The notes beneath the pieces are model-generated. The model did no database searches, was not told where the DNA came from, and saw only the letters and a list, made by a program, of their open reading frames with translations. Below are positions 1-14,560 of a DNA stretch of 64,000 bases, piece by piece. The stretch's first letter is position 1; each line of letters begins with the position of its first letter. A program made the translations under genes and the position numbers. Source of the DNA: Veleropilina oligotropha (lineage: Eukaryota); NCBI GenBank assembly GCA_048128005.1, contig JBEUKZ010000115.1, forward strand, positions 1-64,000. The letters run 5' to 3'.

Positions 1-1772
1 AGATTTGTCTGTAGTTCTCTGCCATATGCCTTTCGCATTTCGTAAACACACTAGATATATTTGCAGACAGCCAGTCCTTAGGTAACGTACCAGTGCGGTG
101 CGAGTACTGAAAAATAGTACTGAGGCCTGGGGCGATGCTGTCCGCGCAAGTCTTCAAGACTGTGTTTGGGATGGCGTCTGGTCCACAAGATTTGGATGTG
201 TCCAGGTCTCTCAACAGTTTCATTAGTCCTGTGTTGTTTATCTCGATGTCCTGCAATGGATGACGTATGTTGACGTTTGGAAGTTGTAGATCATCACTGT
301 CGCTTGGCGTTTATTTGGTAAACACGGAACGATATTGTTGTAATAGGATATCGGCTTTCCGGAGGCTATCGCTGGTGAGGGAGCCTTTCTCCTTCAGAGG
401 TGATACGCCGAGGCTGTCATGTCGCCGTGATTTGATATATCGCCAGAACGGTTTGGTGTTGTTTGATGCGAGCCCTTCCTCGATGGTGTGGTTGATGAAA
501 TCCCACTCAGCTTTACGGAAGGCTCTCTTACACTCACGTTTGTGGTGACGGTAGTTTCCCCAACAATTATTGTGCCTTTTAGCCTGTCGGTATAGGGTCT
601 GTTTGCGTCTCGGCATCTTACGCAGCGTTCTGCTCATCCATGGTACCGACTGCCGATTGCTTGTCAGCTTGGAAGGTATGTTTTTCGCCATGGTATTAAT
701 GATACCGTTCTTGAATATTTCGTAACCTCATTCCAGTTGGCCTGGGAGAACTTGAAATCTTTCTACGACGTTGTTTGTTGTAGACTGGCTTTATATCCAT
801 ATCGGTCACAGCAGCCTCGTGGCCGGATATACCGGGGATGGATACTAATGATTTTACGTGTGACGGGTTGGATGAGAATACTAGATCGAGTGTGTTCTGT
901 TCGCGTGTTGGCGAGTCGTGAACTTGTGTCAGGTATGGCGAGGCGGTGTCTACTAGTGGTTGCTGAATAATACGATCTTGGGTACTAGAGTTCAAGTCTG
1001 GTTGGGCAGTCTATATCTGGGCAGTTGAAGTCGCTTACAAGTAGAACTTTCCGCGGGTTCGGTGAGTGGAAGACCATTGTGAGGGACTTTATGTCTTTAT
1101 GGTTTATGTGGGGCATGTAGTAGTTGCCTATGTACATGTCCTTGTTGTGTGGTAATTTAAGTTTTATCCACTCTATTTCACAATTTGTGACGAGGGAGCA
1201 TTCTTCAACAGACACAAGGTTGTCCTTAACAAGGGTGAAGATCCCTCCTCCAATGGTACTCCTGTCGTTTCTGTATGGAATATAGCCATCGGGAAAGACT
1301 TCACATGGTCCGGAGTTGGGGATTTGCCCGGCTTGACGCCTCGTAGCCACGACTCTGTGCCACAGACGATATCTGGCTTGATGTAATCAATCATTGTGGC
1401 CAGCTCAGAACGTTTGTCGAGAACTCTTCTACAGTTAATAGTCAGTATGCGAAGGTTCTGTTTCTCAGGGAGACCATAGATGGTACACTGCGGCGACGAT
1501 TTGTCTGATATTTGGGTTAACGTCATCGATGATGAGGCATGACTATTTTGCGATTGCTTGCGCTGAGTGGATTGTGGGATACTGGTTTTAAGTGGGCTAA
1601 ATATGTAGTCTGTCGTTATGGAGTCGATAGAGCAGTCAGGTATGGGGGTGTAGTAATTCGAGTTCGTAGCTATTGAAGTTTCAAACCAGTTGTTTGTTGT
1701 CGTTAACCCAAGATGTTCGTCCTCACCATGAGCATTTAATACACTAGAGGAGGTCGTGCTTATGATTGACAT
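1..1772 (-). mobile_element. Decayed non-LTR retrotransposon (CR1/L2-like LINE) ORF2: APE endonuclease and pre-RT region, running off the window edge
   Basis: Frameshifted minus-strand ORFs carry APE motifs (LTINCR, GTESWL, YRNDR..GGG, DFN.PDI, PTR..NTLDLVF) followed by KPFWRYIK and GPD/PKDW motifs typical of the region preceding LINE RT. Confidence 0.85.
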
Positions 1773-2232
1773 TTCGTAAAAGTGATAGGATTGATTTAAA
1801 TGTGAAGAACAACGTTAGCAGGCCCATTCACTGCTCACAACATCCTGTAGATGGCGAAATTTATGTCATATTTATACAATCTTTATGAAACCTGATGTCA
1901 CAATTATCACAACAAATAGCTTGATGTTTCCAATCAACATGGTATTCACAATAACCACATGGGTATGTTGCATTGGGTTTGGGGCCAGGATTTAATTGGA
2001 TGTCTCCGCATAAGATGCTATGACTATCGGGAGTTAAACGATCTTACCTGGATATCTGCACCTAATATTTCAACTAAATATTGGGCGTTAGTTACAGTAT
2101 TTTTCCTTGACCGTGGTCATGTTCTTCTTATCGATTAAATTGCATAGGCCTATAGCCTAAATTTCATAGTAAAATGTAGTCTTATTACACTGTAAATGAC
2201 CTTGCGTGACCTTACGGATATACAGTAATTAT

Positions 2233-3116
<884 letters not shown>

Positions 3117-3918
3117 AAGAGGCATAATAGTAGATGTGCCTCAATAAATTATTTTGGTATTTACATGATTCAACTGCAAGCATGTGTTTATAAAAACAAG
3201 TCCCGCTTTGATCAAGCCATTTATTATCAATTGTCTGAACAGTGCAAAATAAATTTAATACTGACGACCATTTTGAATTATTTGAATATGTCGAATTGTC
3301 CAATGGCGTGAAGGTCACACCCACCTGGATATCTTTATATAGGTCCTATTTATGAATAATAAATAAAGAAAAAACTATATCGCCGGAATTAGGGTTTGAG
3401 CCAAAATCCGTGTCTCACTGCCAGACTATTTATATCAATACTTATGCGTCTTGTGTAATATCTTTTTAGGGTTACATATAGTTTATTTTGTCCATGAACA
3501 GCGTATCATGCGACCAAAATACATGAACTGGATTGGCTATAGACTGGACATCACTGGTTCTCCATTATATGGACAGTAATATAGTCCTATTGTGGCCCCT
3601 GTAAAATGGAATGACTAAGCTTGGTTTTATCATTTAATGTATATGTCACAGTCAAACTTACGATAAATATACGTTCGGGCATCAAACTCGGTTGAATCGG
3701 GGATAATTATCCAACGAAACATCCAATAAAAATTAAAATGTTCATATATTCTGGAAGAAAGACTTCGAAAACTCTTTCAGAATAAACGCTGCGAGATTAT
3801 TACGCTCCAACTGGGCATGTTCCGTCGATACAAGTCAAGATCTTGATGAATCAATAATTATCATTAGTGTAATTTTTTTGTCGTTGCAGGTGAACATTTG
3901 AACGATTGTTATTTTTGA

Positions 3919-4986
3919 ATGCGTCATTTTCTTCGAGGGCATCTATCAGCCAACATGTTCCTCCAATATAGGCTATTTCGAAGGATTGTTGTCGCTATTG
4001 TTGTCATGTCATGCATATATGCGTTCATGCATAAAACGGTCATCATCCGAACAAGGAACATTTATTCCCAATACCAACACATCACAAAAAACGAATTTAG
4101 GCAAGCATATGACGATTTTAAAGCCATCCCAAAAAGTTTTAAGTACTTACACAATGGAAGTAAAATGGATGTCTCCTATTCATATATACTCAATTCCAAA
4201 GAAGTTTGTAAAAAGGTCAAGCTGTTTCTGCTGATACATGTTCCTACTGGACCTGGCAGGCTTAATCAGCGACATGCAGTAAGAACTACGTGGGGCCAGG
4301 CTGCAAAACTTGCGTCACTGAACGCTGCAATAGTGTTTGTCGTCGGATCCACTCAAAACGCAGACGACATGCAATCTGTTCGTGCCGAATCGAAACTTTA
4401 TGGTGACATTTTGCAGGGAAACTTCACAGATGAGTATGACACATTGTCGCAAAAGGAGCTATTCACCCTCGAATGGATATCTGATGAATGTATGAATGCG
4501 GAATATATCTTAAAAGCAGATGACGATACAGTGGTCAACATAGAAATGCTTGTACGTAAACTACGCACGGAAAATTATAATAGCAGCACTTTTATATGTC
4601 ACGTTCATCGACACAATGTACCCATTCGTGATCCGCAAAGTAAATGGTATGTGAGCGAGAGAGAATATGCCGGAGATACGTATCCAGTCCATTGTTCCGG
4701 GCTCGCGTATATATTCGTTCCTTATATGGTGGGTGATTTACTGCTTGCCGCCAGGGATACGCCGTTTTTTCGGATGGCGGACGTATACTTGACCGGGAGG
4801 ATAGCCGCTTTGGCCGGCCTGGGCCACACGGAGCTAAATCATGCATATGCGTTCGGCGAAAGTCTGGAGAGGTTCAAAACTGACGCTACTAACTCATTGA
4901 TCTTCTACCAGTGCAATATCAAAACTTTCATGTTAGTGTGGATCGGCATGTCGATTCGAGAAAGGGAGAATTCGGCCAACGTTTAA
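3919..4986 (+). CDS. Beta-1,3-galactosyltransferase-like protein (GT31 family), 355 aa, single coding exon
   Basis: N-terminal TM anchor (IVVAIVVMSCIYAFM), R.AVR.TWG, E...YGDILQGNF.D.Y..L..K, KADDD (DxD), KWYV, YP.HCSG.AY, DVYLTG; splice acceptor (tttttttgtcgttgcag, ending 3889) just upstream implies a 5' UTR intron. Confidence 0.92.
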   Translation: MRHFLRGHLSANMFLQYRLFRRIVVAIVVMSCIYAFMHKTVIIRTRNIYSQYQHITKNEFRQAYDDFKAIPKSFKYLHNGSKMDVSYSYILNSKEVCKKVKLFLLIHVPTGPGRLNQRHAVRTTWGQAAKLASLNAAIVFVVGSTQNADDMQSVRAESKLYGDILQGNFTDEYDTLSQKELFTLEWISDECMNAEYILKADDDTVVNIEMLVRKLRTENYNSSTFICHVHRHNVPIRDPQSKWYVSEREYAGDTYPVHCSGLAYIFVPYMVGDLLLAARDTPFFRMADVYLTGRIAALAGLGHTELNHAYAFGESLERFKTDATNSLIFYQCNIKTFMLVWIGMSIRERENSANV

Positions 4987-5500
4987 GGGACATATATATC
5001 ATTCATGAACGGGAAACAGATAAACAACGTGTATAGGCCTATAAGCCTATATGTCTTTATGGTCGTCTACAAGAGGTCGCAGTGGTCGAATGTATACACC
5101 TGTCACCGGTTGTCAAGCGATATAGGCCTACCACACAAGTGTAGAAAACGTAGGCCTATTACTGTTGTAATGATCATTAATATCATATTGGCCAACATTT
5201 TAGAATATTTGTACTGCATATGCTGTCTAGTCAATGTCTGTTAAGATAAATGACATGAAGACAATTTTCAGAAGATGATTACTTCAAACGGGTATAGCGA
5301 ATTTCCCATAATAACTAATTAATTTATCCCTACAGTCTACTGTTAAAGAACAGAAGAATCGCGTCTGAAAAGGCGCGTGAACAAGGTACTTGTTCGGCAC
5401 CATCCGAAGCTGATCATTGAATGACTGTGTTCTAAATGAAATTCGGACCCATTCACAATTAACACGGCAGATCTTGCTATCGCTTCTCTTTCAAAGAAAC

Positions 5501-5730
5501 GTTGCTCCGACAGTCGTGCGGTTTCGATTGCAGACTCTGAAATCACTGGCTTGATCCCGCTGACACGAACATTAGTGGGTTCGAATCTCGGTCGAGGCAT
5601 TGGCACTCTTTTTTCTGTTATGAATCACATTTGCTCGTAACTGGTCGGAGACAGCGGGATCCCGTATGGACATGTACTACTTTGAACCTGATGGTTGTGA
5701 TATTAAACATCGATCCAATCCAATCTTTCA
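5501..5730 (+). mobile_element. tRNA-derived SINE, diverged copy
   Basis: Shares cactggcttgatcccgct...gtgggttcgaa (B box) and the downstream body with copies at 26627, 17695 and 52843. Confidence 0.7.
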
Positions 5731-5814
5731 TAATAAAGGTCTAGGCCTATCTATATTGAGACGGGCAGTAACTTTTCTAAATAATACAACCTCTATTTGA
5801 TCAGACATTATAAA

Positions 5815-6880
5815 CTTAGTCGGTGCTATCTTCCTAGATCTGAGGAAGGCATTTGACCTCGTTAATCATAATATCTTTATAGAGAAACTGAACATTTATG
5901 GCCGTTCTTTGAATTTTTTCAAGTCGATTCTTCCTAATAGAAAGCAATGTGTATCGGTCAATGGATGTGTATCATATACGCTAACTTTAATTGTAAGTGT
6001 GTCCTATGGGCTCTATACTGGGTCCACTGTTATTTTTAGTTTTTATTAATGACTTACCTCTATATATCACGAATTGCGAAACGGAACTCTTCGCTGACGA
6101 TTTCACTATACACACGTCAGCAAAATCTGTATCAGAGTTAGATGATAAACTCCACTATGACGTTGAAAATGTGCATAATTGATGTCACCAAAATAAAATG
6201 CGTCCAAATATAGATAAGATGTATGTTGGTGACGACGAGACAAATGCTGTCTCGACTAATCTGACCAATTTAATGTCAATATTAACGGCAACCGATTGGA
6301 AAACACGAAATGTGAAAACTTCTTGGTGTCATGATAGACAATAATCTATCTTGGTCAAATCTTGTTGATATAGTGGTTGCCAACATCAAATCAAAACTGT
6401 ACTTACTAGCAAGAATCAAGTCTTTTCTGCCAGTACATGCTAGGCGTCAATTTTTTCAACAGCTTTATTTTACTAATATTGTATTGGCATATATGGGCAA
6501 TTGTAGTAAGCAGGATATTGGTCGTCTTGGTAGTCTTTTAAAAAGGGCCATGCGTCTAATGTTAGACTGTAATTATTATGACACTTCTTCTCATGAAATG
6601 TTTGAGCGACTGAATTGGTACCCGCTGTCTTACAAATATATATATGTTGTCGTTTTATCAGTGCATAAAACTGTATGTGGATAATCACCACACTACCTGC
6701 ATGATATTTTATCTATTAGAAATCCGCATAGATCACTTCGTTCTAGTGACATCAAGCTATTAAATGTACCATTTGCGAAAACTGAAATCATGAAACATTG
6801 TTTAGATTTGCAGGTCCATCCTTCTATAACGAATTGATATTAGACTATACAGCGGTGTAAATGTTTTTAAAAATCAAGAC
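5815..6880 (+). mobile_element. Decayed LINE reverse transcriptase 3' half (CR1/L2-like)
   Basis: FLDLRKAFDLVNH, GSILGPLLFLVFINDLP, FADD and LGVMIDNNLSW motifs broken by stops and frameshifts. Confidence 0.85.
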
Positions 6881-7129
6881 TCATTCATAAAGTAAACAAC
6901 CGCTCTTTGATTTAAATGTATCGCAATATCAGAATGACATTATAGTATTATATATGTTAGAGAAACAATAAAAAATATCAACATATGTGCAACATATATA
7001 TTTTGATATCATATATTGATTGACACGTTGGATCTACTGCTTGTGCACGCACTATTGGTTTTGTATTTGCAATATTATCCTACTCACCAACATTTATGAA
7101 CCACTTTCACTAAACTGTATGAGTAATTT

Positions 7130-8750
7130 TTTCGTTTTTGGAAAGCGTTACAAGCAACGATTGCTGTGCTTGTTCGACATCACTGCATCGCGACTTGCAT
7201 GGCAGGTGACTATTGAGGTCCAGATTGAATGTGGTGGAGCCAACGCCGGACCGAAGCCGGCCGATATTTCAGCGTGTCGGTCAAATACAGGGATTTTCTC
7301 ATTTGCAGGAAACGCTGCAAGTCGCGCCTTCAGGGACTCTGTGAGCATGGTCACACTTCCCCACATGACCATACCACGCGATAAATTAGCTACTGAGCGT
7401 CTATGATGACAACGTCTGGGCGTCGAGGCAGCTGCTGTTGAACTCCAAGCTTTTGAACTAGTGTCTTGTTCCCTTCTGGCAGCCATACTTATCTACAAGC
7501 GATGCTGGAACAGCACATACTCATGCCCGAATAGCGACAGGCGTTCCATGTCATGCTGTTACTCGACACACAGACGGAGAAATATGGACTCCAAGTCGCA
7601 GACCATCTTGTCACCATCTTTGAAGTCTCGCTTCAGATGTTCCCTGGTATTTGCTGGCAAACTGAGATTTACATTATATCCGGCCGGTAGTAGGTTGCGG
7701 AAATCTGTCACCACATTGACGACCGTTGGATCCACTTTCCCATTATTTATGTTGTAGAGGACACCACTGTCGGTCTTCATGGGATGAGAACACTTGTAAA
7801 GTTCAGCACTGATGCGCTGGCGGCCATCTTTATCGACTTTACGTCTCTTCACACCAACTTCCTTGTGTCGAGCTTCGTTGAAGCTACTATCTGCATGATA
7901 GTAGTGGTCAAGAATGTCAGAAACATAACCAGATATGGGGAAGGAATCAATCAATTCTGTCACTTGTTGTGGGAATCGCGTGAAGCCTTTCAGTCTCCCT
8001 TTTCCAATCTTAATTGCAGTTTGTTCCCTGAACTGATAGGCGGAGACAGAGTTCCAACTACCAGCTATGTGTTTGCTGACGAACGCGACAGAGAGAAGTT
8101 CGTTCATGGAATCAGGCAGGATCACTGACATCTCGAGACAGTGCCACGATATGTACCATGCATAGTGGTGATGTCCAGAAACGAAAAAGTATGGCAATAC
8201 ACAATGACCTTAGTAATTTCACACATGACAACACCGTTAACGCGACGAACAATACACTGCTGCATCTTGCTGTAAGCAGTCCATGAGCCAGACCCAGTCG
8301 ATCCACAGTCACATGACGGGCCGCCACAATCAGGGCAATTTGGGTCTTGATGACAATATCCACCACAGGCACGAAAGTTGGGAGTTGATGACAGAACTAT
8401 CGCATCATGGTTATGTAGCATCATACTATGAAATGCTTCGTTTCCGTAAAAGCTCTGCATCATTTTTTCAGACTAATGGTATTCACAACTATACCCCCAA
8501 TGGACGGAGAAGCACACTTGCAATGGCACACGAATTACAGCAATCTCATCCAAGAGGTATTTTGGACTTGGGTTATGCGCGTCCAAGTCCATCATCGCTG
8601 CGCATACCACGTCTACGGAAGAATGACACTTCACGCTCTGTTCCTGAGGGAGATGATGATGGGTGGACTCTATACTACTGCACTGCACTGGCAAGAAGCA
8701 GGTGAATCCACCGGCTCTCCCACATGTAACCACCGGACCAAGTTATGAAG
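7130..8750. mobile_element. Rearranged relic of a large DNA-transposon protein gene (Academ-like)
   Basis: Minus strand: MPYFF.SGHHHYAWY, D/Y.F.EQT, RHKE, VFDR..N.H. Plus strand 8283-8480: IHHRH.S.EL...L..HGY..SY.E..RF. Family assignment is from motif recall only. Confidence 0.5.
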
Positions 8751-8959
8751 AGGTCGCACGTATCTCCGACAAGTCTACATCGAGCTCAGGAGATAAATAA
8801 TTTTATAAGTTTATGGACATAAGAAAATTTAGTTTTGTAATATAATGAATAAAACCTGCATTAAGCATATTCATGCAAAAACTGCGCTAATTATAAGAAA
8901 ACATTTATGATACAACAATACAAATAATATGAATGCACAGTTTTTAATATTATTATTAT

Positions 8960-9225
8960 TACTAGCTATGGTACCCGTCTCCGCCGGGCAAGTCCCCCCA
9001 CCCCAATTTTTTTTTTTTTTTTTTTGGATAGTGCTCCCTTAAATATTTATTTTTTTTCCCGAATTTTCCGAATGTTTTTCGTGGTAAACCTTCCTTGGGG
9101 GACCCCGATTAACCCCCCAAAGTTTGAAGGTCCTAGGTCAAAGCGTCTGGGAGGAGTTCAACTTGAAACAGACAGACAGACAGACAGACACACACACATA
9201 CAATTATAGCTCCATTATATTAAGA
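8960..9225 (+). mobile_element. Short non-autonomous element with (CAGA)n tract (HINE/pearl-like)
   Basis: Starts actagctatgg; agctccattatattaagat end preceded by an (ACAG)n(AC)n microsatellite. Confidence 0.45.
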
Positions 9226-11151
9226 TGATAACTTCGGTAGGTATTTACGAACTAACTGATTTAATGACCATTGTCTACTGTTCCTCAGCCTCCTCGTTTT
9301 CACTTGTTGATGGGCACGATGATACTGGTCTGGTGATGCACTTGGGTAGGCCTGGAAAGTATCACGGGTAGTAGTTGTTGTTGATATTCTCAATAGGTTT
9401 GGGCACTCGGTGAGCTTATATGCTGCAGAAGTTATCACAGGAGAAGACATGGTTCTACCTGATATTTCCCTTCCGCTTTCAGGCTTGCACGTATACAGAA
9501 ACAGCGTTTGATAACTATGACAAGCTAAAGGAATCTTATCTGGGAAAGACATCCTCCTCGACACTGAAAGCATATGTTATCAAGATAAATTAACTGTGTC
9601 ACTTGAACAGGATTACTTTCACTCGAATTCAAAAAGTATCACAGAAATAACGTCTGCAAGATGAAAGTACAGAGATCCCCCGCAAAATACGAAGGTGAAG
9701 ATATGATTTACACGGCAAGAATAACAAACCATAGAAGACAAAACCTTCCATGTCGCCACTTCCTTCGACGTGTATGATGTAGACAGAATAAACCAGATAT
9801 GGATGTTGTACTGTTTCTTACGAAAAGACACACCTATGTGAAGGAGTTGGAAATCCCATGCTCAGCAGAGTGCCTTTCGGATACATGGAAATATATAACT
9901 ACCATCAACGAGATTGGATGTCGTACACAAGATACGCTTCCCATGGCTTAGAAGGTAGCACCTGCAAGCGTAGTCCAGTATGCCATTGTTATTACTATCT
10001 GGCTATTGCTAAGCCAGGCCTACAGATTTAGACAATTTTTTCATTTGTTTGGGGCACTTCATATCACAATGGGTTTGTTCGGATCATTAACCTACCTCCT
10101 AGATTCATGGGGTGGCTCTGATATTGTGCAACAATGATGTCGTGGCCACTGGTTCTGTACGCTGGGTTCTTAATGGACAGCAGTTCAATCATTTGTAAAT
10201 GTCTGTCACTTCTTGTCACCGCTTTTCAGACGCTGTGCATCTGTTGGTTTGATGTTTGCATGAAGTTGTATCCGATGAGGTGTCGCCTCTGTTAGAAGCC
10301 CATTTAATTTCTCGACCAATGAGAAGGCAGTATTTTTCACCAATTATTGCTGAAGACGGCATTCGTCAGGTCTTTTGTTCGTACCGTCAATTATTAGGAA
10401 TAGGGGTGATAAGTTATAATATTCATATGAATTTTCTTAATATAATGATAAATAAAGCAAATTATTTAGTAAGGAATATATGTTTCGATAAAATAAACAG
10501 TTTGTCAAATTTGACAATAAGAATTAATTTGTGTGGAGAAATGAAATGGACCTTCTAAGTCGGTTAGACGGCAGATTGTAGACCATTATCAAAAGGTGGG
10601 CTCGTCCTACAGACTTGCCTTCTATTTTGATAAGATTCTACAATCGGCCATCTAACCTATACTTAGATTTCCTCTGATGAATGTCCTTCAATCTGACACG
10701 TGTAACAACTTGCCAGACAGATATAACAATTACACTGACAGCATGAGAATTGGGAAACATGGGAAGACAGCTATATTCTGGATAATCTACATAGATCTGG
10801 TGCACTTACTTATTTTATTACGCCTGTTGGACAATGATGTCGGTATATGCCCTTGGTCGAATTTGCCCTATCTGTTTCGCCATGCATCGCCAAATTACGC
10901 CAGATGGATAACATTTGCACATTATAAACATGGATAATACCCATGAAGGGATCCGATGCATGTATCAAGGAGGATCACCATCGCAATGCTGTAAACCGTG
11001 CTCTCGAGCAAACTGTTAATAAGGATACAGCGACACGACAAGGCGGCATTGCAGCATTTACTCAATGCTTCAATGCTAAGAAGAGATAGACACTTATACA
11101 AGGTCTTTCGGTGTGTCATTGTTGGACGTATTCTGGACATGGCAGGTCTTA

Positions 11152-11823
11152 AGGTCGTTTCACACCAGACGCGTCCGATTTTTCGCAACGATAATCGTTA
11201 TGACAAATCGTTATGAGCTTTCACATCAGATGCGAATTTCGTTACGACTATCACTACTATTCATGATCCACGTTTGATTTTATATGGTTATAATTTAATT
11301 TCATCTTCATTTTTATTGTGTCATTGTCAAATTTCAGTGTCTGTATAGACTGTACATGCATTCTAAATTCCGTATTTTATACGGATTTCATACCTTATAA
11401 GCATAAGATATTTCAGTATCATTATATCCTGGAATGGATTTATTAGAGGAAATCATGCAGCTGTACTTGAATGAAGATATCCTCTTTGGTGGTATTCTGT
11501 ATGATGCCATTTTGAAATCTGGATAAATAAATAAATAAATAAATTTGTCAATCCCACGTGTTGATATGTTGGAAATTACTGGTCATGTGACAAGGAATAC
11601 CATGTTATTTCTTTATTTAGCATCCGAAATCGCAACGAAAATCGTTGAAATAGGATCAGATCCTATCTCGACGATTTTCGTTGCGATTTTGTAAAAATCT
11701 TTGCGATAATCGGATCGTGTCTGAAAGGCTCCGTGGCAATGCGTTGTTTGTAGCATAACGAATATCGTTACGAAAATCGCAACGATTTTCGTTGCGAAAA
11801 TCGCATCTGGTGTGAAAAGGCCT
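11152..11823. mobile_element. PIF/Harbinger-type MITE, copy 1
   Basis: TIRs aggtcgtttcacaccagacgcg / cgcatctggtgtgaaaaggcct, flanked by TTA on both sides. Confidence 0.85.
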
Positions 11824-11826
11824 TTA

Positions 11827-12461
11827 AGGTCGTTTCACACCAGACGCGTCCGATTTTTCGCAACGATAATCGTTACGACAAATAGTTATGAGCTTTCACA
11901 CCAGATGCAAATTTCGTAACGGCTACCACTACCATTCATGATACACGTTTTATTTTATATGGTTATCATTTTGTTTCATCTGTATTTTTTATTATATCAG
12001 TGTTTCAGTGGCTGTATAGAATGTACTGCATCCCAAATTCCGTATTTTACTCGGATTGCATATCTTCTAAGCATAATAATATTTCAATATCTTTAAATCT
12101 TGGACTGGATTTATTAAAGGATATCATGCCGCTGTACATATACGATGATATCCTCTTTGGTGGTCCTCTGCATGATGCAATTTTGTCAATCCCATGTATG
12201 GATATGTTGGGAATTACTGGTCATGTGACAAGGAATACCTTGTTTTTACTATATTTGACATGCGAAATCGCAACGAAAATCGTTGAGATAGGATCAGATC
12301 CTATCTCGACGATTTTCGTTGCGATTTTGTAAATATCGTTGCGACAATCTGATCGTGTCCGAAAGACTCCGTGGTAATGTGTTGTTTCTATCGTAACGAA
12401 AATCTGAACGATAATCGTTGCGATATTCGTTGCGAAAATCGCATCAGGTGTGAAATGACCT
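11827..12461. mobile_element. PIF/Harbinger-type MITE, copy 2 (tandem)
   Basis: Same TIRs and homologous body as 11152-11823; TTA at 11824-11826 and 12462-12464. Confidence 0.85.
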
Positions 12462-13040
12462 TTACTCTTAGTGAGGACATTTCGCAAGAGCTAAATGCAT
12501 ACATAATGAAAGAGGACAGCACAGATTCGCAAGTCGTTGCGAAAAGCCTGGAAGAAACCTTGAATCTCATTCAAGTAGACCTACCCGAGCTTTAAGTCCG
12601 AACAACTGACCGAGCAACTTCCTCTGATGTGTAGAATAATCTCAATGGATTGGTCTAAAGTATTTCTTCCAAAGTCCAGAAGATAAAGAAATCCGTTGCA
12701 CACATGATATCTTCGGTTTATTGCTATTTGTTACTGCCGCAAAGAATCTTGGTTTGGCTACCATTCTGTTTTCTCCCTCACAAAAGTTCCACTCTCCTTT
12801 TCCACACCACTGGAGCCAAGACCAAGACGTCCAAATCCGTATTGTTGAACAACCTGGAAACAGAGGGTACTGCAAACAATTAAAGAACCTAGCCATGTTT
12901 ATGTCCACATTCTTGATGCTATGATCTTTTTGCGGTCAAAAATATCTCAAAACTTCGGTGGCATCGCGAATTTATACTTCAAAAGACCTGTTCCTTTTCA
13001 AAGGTTATATACATCGTTTGCGATGCATAATAAAGAGATT

Positions 13041-13292
13041 GTCCTTGATAGCTCAACTGGTAGAACGTTGGAAAAATGATAAGTGGGACGGCAGGATGTG
13101 GGTTCAAACCCCAGCTCCGGCGTTGCTATCTTAACGCCTAAAACTAATAGATGGCATATCCCTAATGTATGTCGGTCAGATCGGAGTGAGACATTAAACA
13201 GAGTGTTCCGACTACGATACAGCTGAAAAATTGCTAACAGTGGTCGTAAAGCAATGATGCCAACCAACCAACCAACCAACCAACCAACCAAC
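13041..13292 (+). mobile_element. tRNA-derived SINE with (CAAC)n tail
   Basis: A box TAGCTCAACTGGTAGA, B box GGTTCAAACCC, central domain shared with 20410-20700, simple-repeat tail. Confidence 0.8.
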
Positions 13293-14217
13293 ATAATAAC
13301 GAAGGACCCCTATCAATGGGCATGAGCGCGAGGACAGGGGAAACTAGCGTTTTCGATGTACGATACCTGGACCATCTCAAAGGAGAGCAACAAATTTAAA
13401 CTAAGCCCTTCTGTTACAATTCTTCAAAATGGCACTCATGCGTTTTATTCGAGACGAAAGGAAAACCTGGACATATATTGAAGTCTTCGAAGGCCATACT
13501 GTCTACTTTGGTATTGAAGATAGTCGACAAAGAAGTAAACGAACTCATTTCATTTGGAAACTTTGCAAAGACGTATCACTTACTACCCGGGGGGCCAAGG
13601 GGGATGGTGGATACCGTCTGCTGTAAAAGGCTGGTGTCTTCTTTTCATTTATATACCCCCCATGGAATAATTCTAGGTTGGACAGATTTCTGGGAAATCC
13701 ACAGGGACTATTTTATAGAATGACTTATTATTTTACACCAGCTGTAAAAAATGGCACCAGTCAAATGGAAGTGCACTAGCAATAATATGATAATTTCATT
13801 AAACACATGTTATAAACAATGGACATCATATTTATTATTATTAAGGATACATAATTATCAAATGAAGTATTGCATTTCAATACATCTAATGAAATAATTA
13901 CATACACCCCTTAATTGACTATATTGAATAACAGTATTCAGAGCATACATTAAACCAAAATTGATGACACCAATACATATCGATAGGACAGCGTATTTTT
14001 GTCCACTCCCATTGAACAAAAGGCAAGCGCTTGGTTTTAGTTATAACGTCATGTTTGCTGCTTGGCAGGTCAATATAACGAATCCGTTGATCTGAAAGTC
14101 AATATATCGAATCCGGTGACCTGTTCAGCTTTCATAGGTTAATAGTACTTCTCTGATCTGTGATAAACTTACCAGTACTGCCTGATTATTCTTGTGTACA
14201 GTAAACAGAATAGTTAG

Positions 14218-14560
14218 TCATCATCATCATGTCGGAGACAAGGGCATGATTCCAGGCACCGCTGGGTGCACCCTTGTCCTTCATATGGCTCCTCACCATC
14301 TGGCTCTGTCCTGGGCATAACCCTGGACGACTCCCATCTGTCGCCTGCCGATGGACACAGCGCGCTGCCATGTTTTCCCTGGTCTGCCGGTAGGAGCTCG
14401 CCCATCAACGACTAACCTGGTGCAGCCCTGTACCCAGTTGGCGTAATCCTTCAGACTTCCCAACCCCTCACTCGTCAGTTTGTCCCACAGAGACATGCCG
14501 CTCCTCAGCATCATCCACCAATGGAAAATCTCTCCTTTACAGGAACGTCGCTGAGTGGAC
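14218..14560 (-). mobile_element. 3' end of an RTE-like LINE
   Basis: GRAPTGRPGKTW C-terminal motif followed by a (TGA)n tail on the minus strand. Confidence 0.55.

Larger units (their letters stand above)
10680..13000 (+). mobile_element. Second Academ-like transposase relic, interrupted by two Harbinger MITEs
   Basis: GKTAIFWIIYIDLV..L..L, LF.HASPNYARW and LEQTVNKD before the MITEs; DIFGLLL and SFCGQK-like motifs after them; many stops and frameshifts. Confidence 0.45.

Noticed and set aside
13041..13120. tRNA gene
   Set aside because: A and B boxes are present but there is no clean cloverleaf, and it continues into a SINE body and tail
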